In this document: one piece after another, positions 26,747 to 29,293 of the stretch
Layout: each line of letters opens with the position of its first letter
Numbering within the stretch: the first letter of the stretch is position 1
IMG/VR virus record: IMGVR_UViG_3300005805_005733
Span: 1 to 29,293 of that record
Source of the DNA: a virus
Lineage: Duplodnaviria > Caudoviricetes
Strand: one strand, 5' to 3'
DNA length: 29,293 bases
Position numbers and translations under genes: made by a program
Notes under the pieces: model-generated
What the model was told of the DNA's origin: nothing
Database searches by the model: none
The model's input: the letters and a program-made list of their open reading frames with translations, nothing else

Positions 26747-28208
26747 CTTTTAACTCTATGTTGTAAAATTTGTAATTGAACTTTTCGTCATCGTATATTT
26801 TACACCTTTCTATGAAAAACTTCAAGGTAAAATTAGCATGTTTACCTATTCTCATATCATCAGCAATATCGAATAATACAGCTTCTTCTTTGTTTTCTCC
26901 TTTTCTCAACCCTCTTCCTATCGATTGTAGATTACGAATTCTTGATTTAGAAGGTGAGGCGAATATAATATTATGAAGGTTGCGGATATTAATGCCAGTA
27001 CTGAAAGTGCCATAAGAAGCAACAATGATTGCGTTTCTTTCTTTTTCAGTAATTTCTCTAACCGATTCTCGTACTTCAACATCTGTACCACCAAAGACAA
27101 AAAATACATGTCTATTTTTTGCAACTTCTTTAATACTTTCATATAATTTTTTACCATGTTTTTCAACAAATTGAAACAACAGTAAAGTATTTCCTTCTAA
27201 AGATAATGTTAGGTTTTTTATAAATTTATTTCTTTGTTCATTCAATACCAAATAATCCATTTCAGTGTGGTAATCCCACTTTTTTGATGCTTGACATACA
27301 TTATCTGGATGTTTTAAAATCAAACATTTTATTCTAAAGTCAGCTAACTCTTTTCTACTAATTAATTCTGAAGTAGAAGTTGCTTTATAAACTGGTCCAA
27401 ATAGTCCTTCTAATACAAGTCTATGTGTTTGCGTGCCATCTAAAGTACCTGTAGTACCTATTCTATATTTAGAGTTGACACATCCAGACAAAATAGTTGT
27501 TAAAGATTTTGCTTTAAATTGATGAGCTTCGTCTCCCATAACAAAATCAAACTGTTCAAAATATTCAGGTTCATTTTTGTAGATTGACTGCCAAGTGGTG
27601 ATAGTCAAAAATTTATTTGTATGTTTTTCTTTACCTGAGTATTGACGGTGACAATTTGTATCAGAATCATAACCATAACTTTCAAAGTCTTTATACATTT
27701 GTTCCACCAAAGAAGTTGTTGGAACAATTAATAGACCTCTTTGATATTCTTGACTTTGTAAGTATCTTACTATCGTATAAATTATAAGTGATTTGCCTGA
27801 TGCTGTCGGTGACAATAAAAGAATTCTTTTATTTCTTATAGCTTGAACGAAGGCTTGTAATTGATAATCTCTTATTTCGAAAGGTAAGTTTAATGTTCTT
27901 ACAAAATCTACTGCTTCAACTAAGGAAAAATTTTCCGTATTTACCACATCTGAATCTATTTCTAGATTATAATCTCTCTCTTTACAAAACTTTTCTATAT
28001 AAGGAACGAGGCCGTGGTAGATAGATTGATTACGAAGGTCAGCAAGACGTATTTTTCCATCCCACAATTTGTTTTTATATGCAGGAGTGAATTGATAACC
28101 TGGAACAAAGAAAGTAAAATATTCTGAGAGTTCTTGAGCTATACTGCGTTCACATTCAAATTGTATATAAACTTCATTTTTTTTATGAAGTACGATAGTA
28201 TCAGTCAA
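26739..28208 (-). CDS. uvsW: UvsW SF2 DNA helicase
   Basis: RDYQ, SPTASGKS, DEAH, GTTGT, QSIGRGLR. Confidence 0.96.
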   Translation of the reverse strand: MTDTIVLHKKNEVYIQFECERSIAQELSEYFTFFVPGYQFTPAYKNKLWDGKIRLADLRNQSIYHGLVPYIEKFCKERDYNLEIDSDVVNTENFSLVEAVDFVRTLNLPFEIRDYQLQAFVQAIRNKRILLLSPTASGKSLIIYTIVRYLQSQEYQRGLLIVPTTSLVEQMYKDFESYGYDSDTNCHRQYSGKEKHTNKFLTITTWQSIYKNEPEYFEQFDFVMGDEAHQFKAKSLTTILSGCVNSKYRIGTTGTLDGTQTHRLVLEGLFGPVYKATSTSELISRKELADFRIKCLILKHPDNVCQASKKWDYHTEMDYLVLNEQRNKFIKNLTLSLEGNTLLLFQFVEKHGKKLYESIKEVAKNRHVFFVFGGTDVEVRESVREITEKERNAIIVASYGTFSTGINIRNLHNIIFASPSKSRIRNLQSIGRGLRKGENKEEAVLFDIADDMRIGKHANFTLKFFIERCKIYDDEKFNYKFYNIELKDE

Positions 28209-28643
28209 TTAAATACCTTGTATAAATTTTTGCCAACTAATGTAGTCTCTTAATTGGAAAGTTCTACTGTTTAATTCTTTTAGTATTAAAGTACAAAGGT
28301 CAATTATTTCATCATGTAAAGCTTTGTTAGCTAAGTATTTGTTTAAATCTTCATCACTGTCCAAATATGTAGTGATGTCGGATTTGAGTATGAAAGGAAA
28401 AGGTTTCCAACCGTGTTTCTCAAGTTGGTCATCATCTAATTTACCTGTGTAATATTCCCATTTTAACTTCTTCATTTTATTATATTTGAACTCGGCATCT
28501 TTTGATAACAACCTGTGTCTCGATAAGACATTCAAATATTTACTGTGTAATTTGGGAATGTTTAGTATTTCTTTGTCCGGTTCTGTGCGATCAATATCGC
28601 AATCTTGCCGCCACATCTCCAACAATTCATCAATTTGTTTCAT
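28209..28643 (-). CDS. uvsY: UvsY recombination mediator
   Basis: IPKLHSKYL, KWEYYTGK; directly upstream of uvsW. Confidence 0.92.
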   Translation of the reverse strand: MKQIDELLEMWRQDCDIDRTEPDKEILNIPKLHSKYLNVLSRHRLLSKDAEFKYNKMKKLKWEYYTGKLDDDQLEKHGWKPFPFILKSDITTYLDSDEDLNKYLANKALHDEIIDLCTLILKELNSRTFQLRDYISWQKFIQGI

Positions 28644-28660
28644 TATATCCTCCTAATCAT

Positions 28661-28689
28661 ATTATACAATAATTAAATAATAATGTCAA
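28661..28689 (-). promoter_or_regulatory. Consensus sigma70 promoter for the uvsY-uvsW operon
   Basis: TTGACA-N17-TATAAT. Confidence 0.85.
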
Positions 28690-29213
28690 ACAGTTTTTAT
28701 ATCATAATATGAATATCTGAAACTTGCGTCTGCCGTGGGTATAGAGTTGGGATCTTCTTGCGTTGAAAGTATTATGGTACTTATAGTTGTGGGGAAAACA
28801 TCATAAAAGACAAACTCATGTGTCGGATTATTTGAAGATGACAGTATTATAATTTTAGCATCTGAATATTGTGGTTTTAATTGAGCTCTGTTTGAATTTA
28901 AATTTCTTAAATTTTTATATTCATCAAAGTTTACGGGAAATGTCATTGCCCTAATCCAATCATGAACTTCTTTCCACGCAGTTATTTCTTCGTCTACCAT
29001 AAAAGTTACATTCAATAAATCATATACAACTTTTTCACCAGGTATATACACATCAACAAAAGGTGTAAATTGTGGAACCTCAGACATTGAAAGTCCAGGC
29101 AAAGTAACCGACTGACAAAAATATTGTATATTAGGTAACCTACTAAAAGTTAATATAAACTTATTAGGTTGTAGAAAATTAGGATTTGTAGGGTTTCTAG
29201 TAATCGCGGTCAT
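28686..29213 (-). CDS. gp3: Tail tube terminator / tail completion protein (gp3)
   Basis: NFL.PNKF, YFCQSVTLPG, F.VDE, WI, SDA, FP, FRY; synteny gp3-uvsY-uvsW. Confidence 0.85.
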   Translation of the reverse strand: MTAITRNPTNPNFLQPNKFILTFSRLPNIQYFCQSVTLPGLSMSEVPQFTPFVDVYIPGEKVVYDLLNVTFMVDEEITAWKEVHDWIRAMTFPVNFDEYKNLRNLNSNRAQLKPQYSDAKIIILSSSNNPTHEFVFYDVFPTTISTIILSTQEDPNSIPTADASFRYSYYDIKTV

Positions 29214-29236
29214 AAAATGAATTCTCCGTTATGTAC

Positions 29237-29243
29237 TATTTAG
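29237..29243 (-). promoter_or_regulatory. Variant T4 late promoter (CTAAATA) for gp3
   Basis: CTAAATA about 24 nt upstream of the ATG of a structural gene, just past a terminator. Confidence 0.6.
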
Positions 29244-29247
29244 GTCG

Positions 29248-29278
29248 AAAAAAAAGAGGGACTTTTTACAGTCCCTCT
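29248..29278 (-). terminator. Rho-independent terminator of the upstream gene (outside window)
   Basis: AGAGGGACT-GTAAAA-AGTCCCTCT followed by a T-run. Confidence 0.88.
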
Positions 29279-29293
29279 TAAACACATTATTAT

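Overview
AT-rich segment of a large T4-like (myovirus) phage genome, almost entirely minus strand. It holds the replication/recombination/late-transcription core: gp3, uvsY, uvsW, gp55, gp47, gp46, gp45, gp44, gp62, regA, gp43, uvsX, gp40-like and gp41. Accessory genes are interleaved: SAM methyltransferase, peptide deformylase, CobS/CobT-like AAA+VWA pair, HTH protein, GT-A glycosyltransferase, dATP/dGTP diphosphohydrolase, antisense GIY-YIG endonuclease, AAA ATPase, Hsp20, dCMP deaminase, cytidylyltransferase and a MazG-like enzyme. Many consensus sigma70 promoters and T4 late (TATAAATA-type) promoters are visible. The most striking observation is a 63-nt minimal tRNA-Gly-like RNA (20213-20275, minus) with encoded CCA, Gly acceptor identity, no proper D arm and a non-canonical anticodon loop. 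It has its own perfect sigma70 promoter and lies directly downstream of one of two paralogous DUF4338/DruA-like genes. This suggests, as a hypothesis only, a dedicated aminoacyl-tRNA-dependent modification system. Other structured RNA candidates are a 5'-UTR pseudoknot before the HTH gene, a ROSE-like thermometer before hsp20, and RBS-sequestering hairpins tied to late promoters before two putative nucleases. Family assignments come from motif recognition and synteny only; no searches were run.
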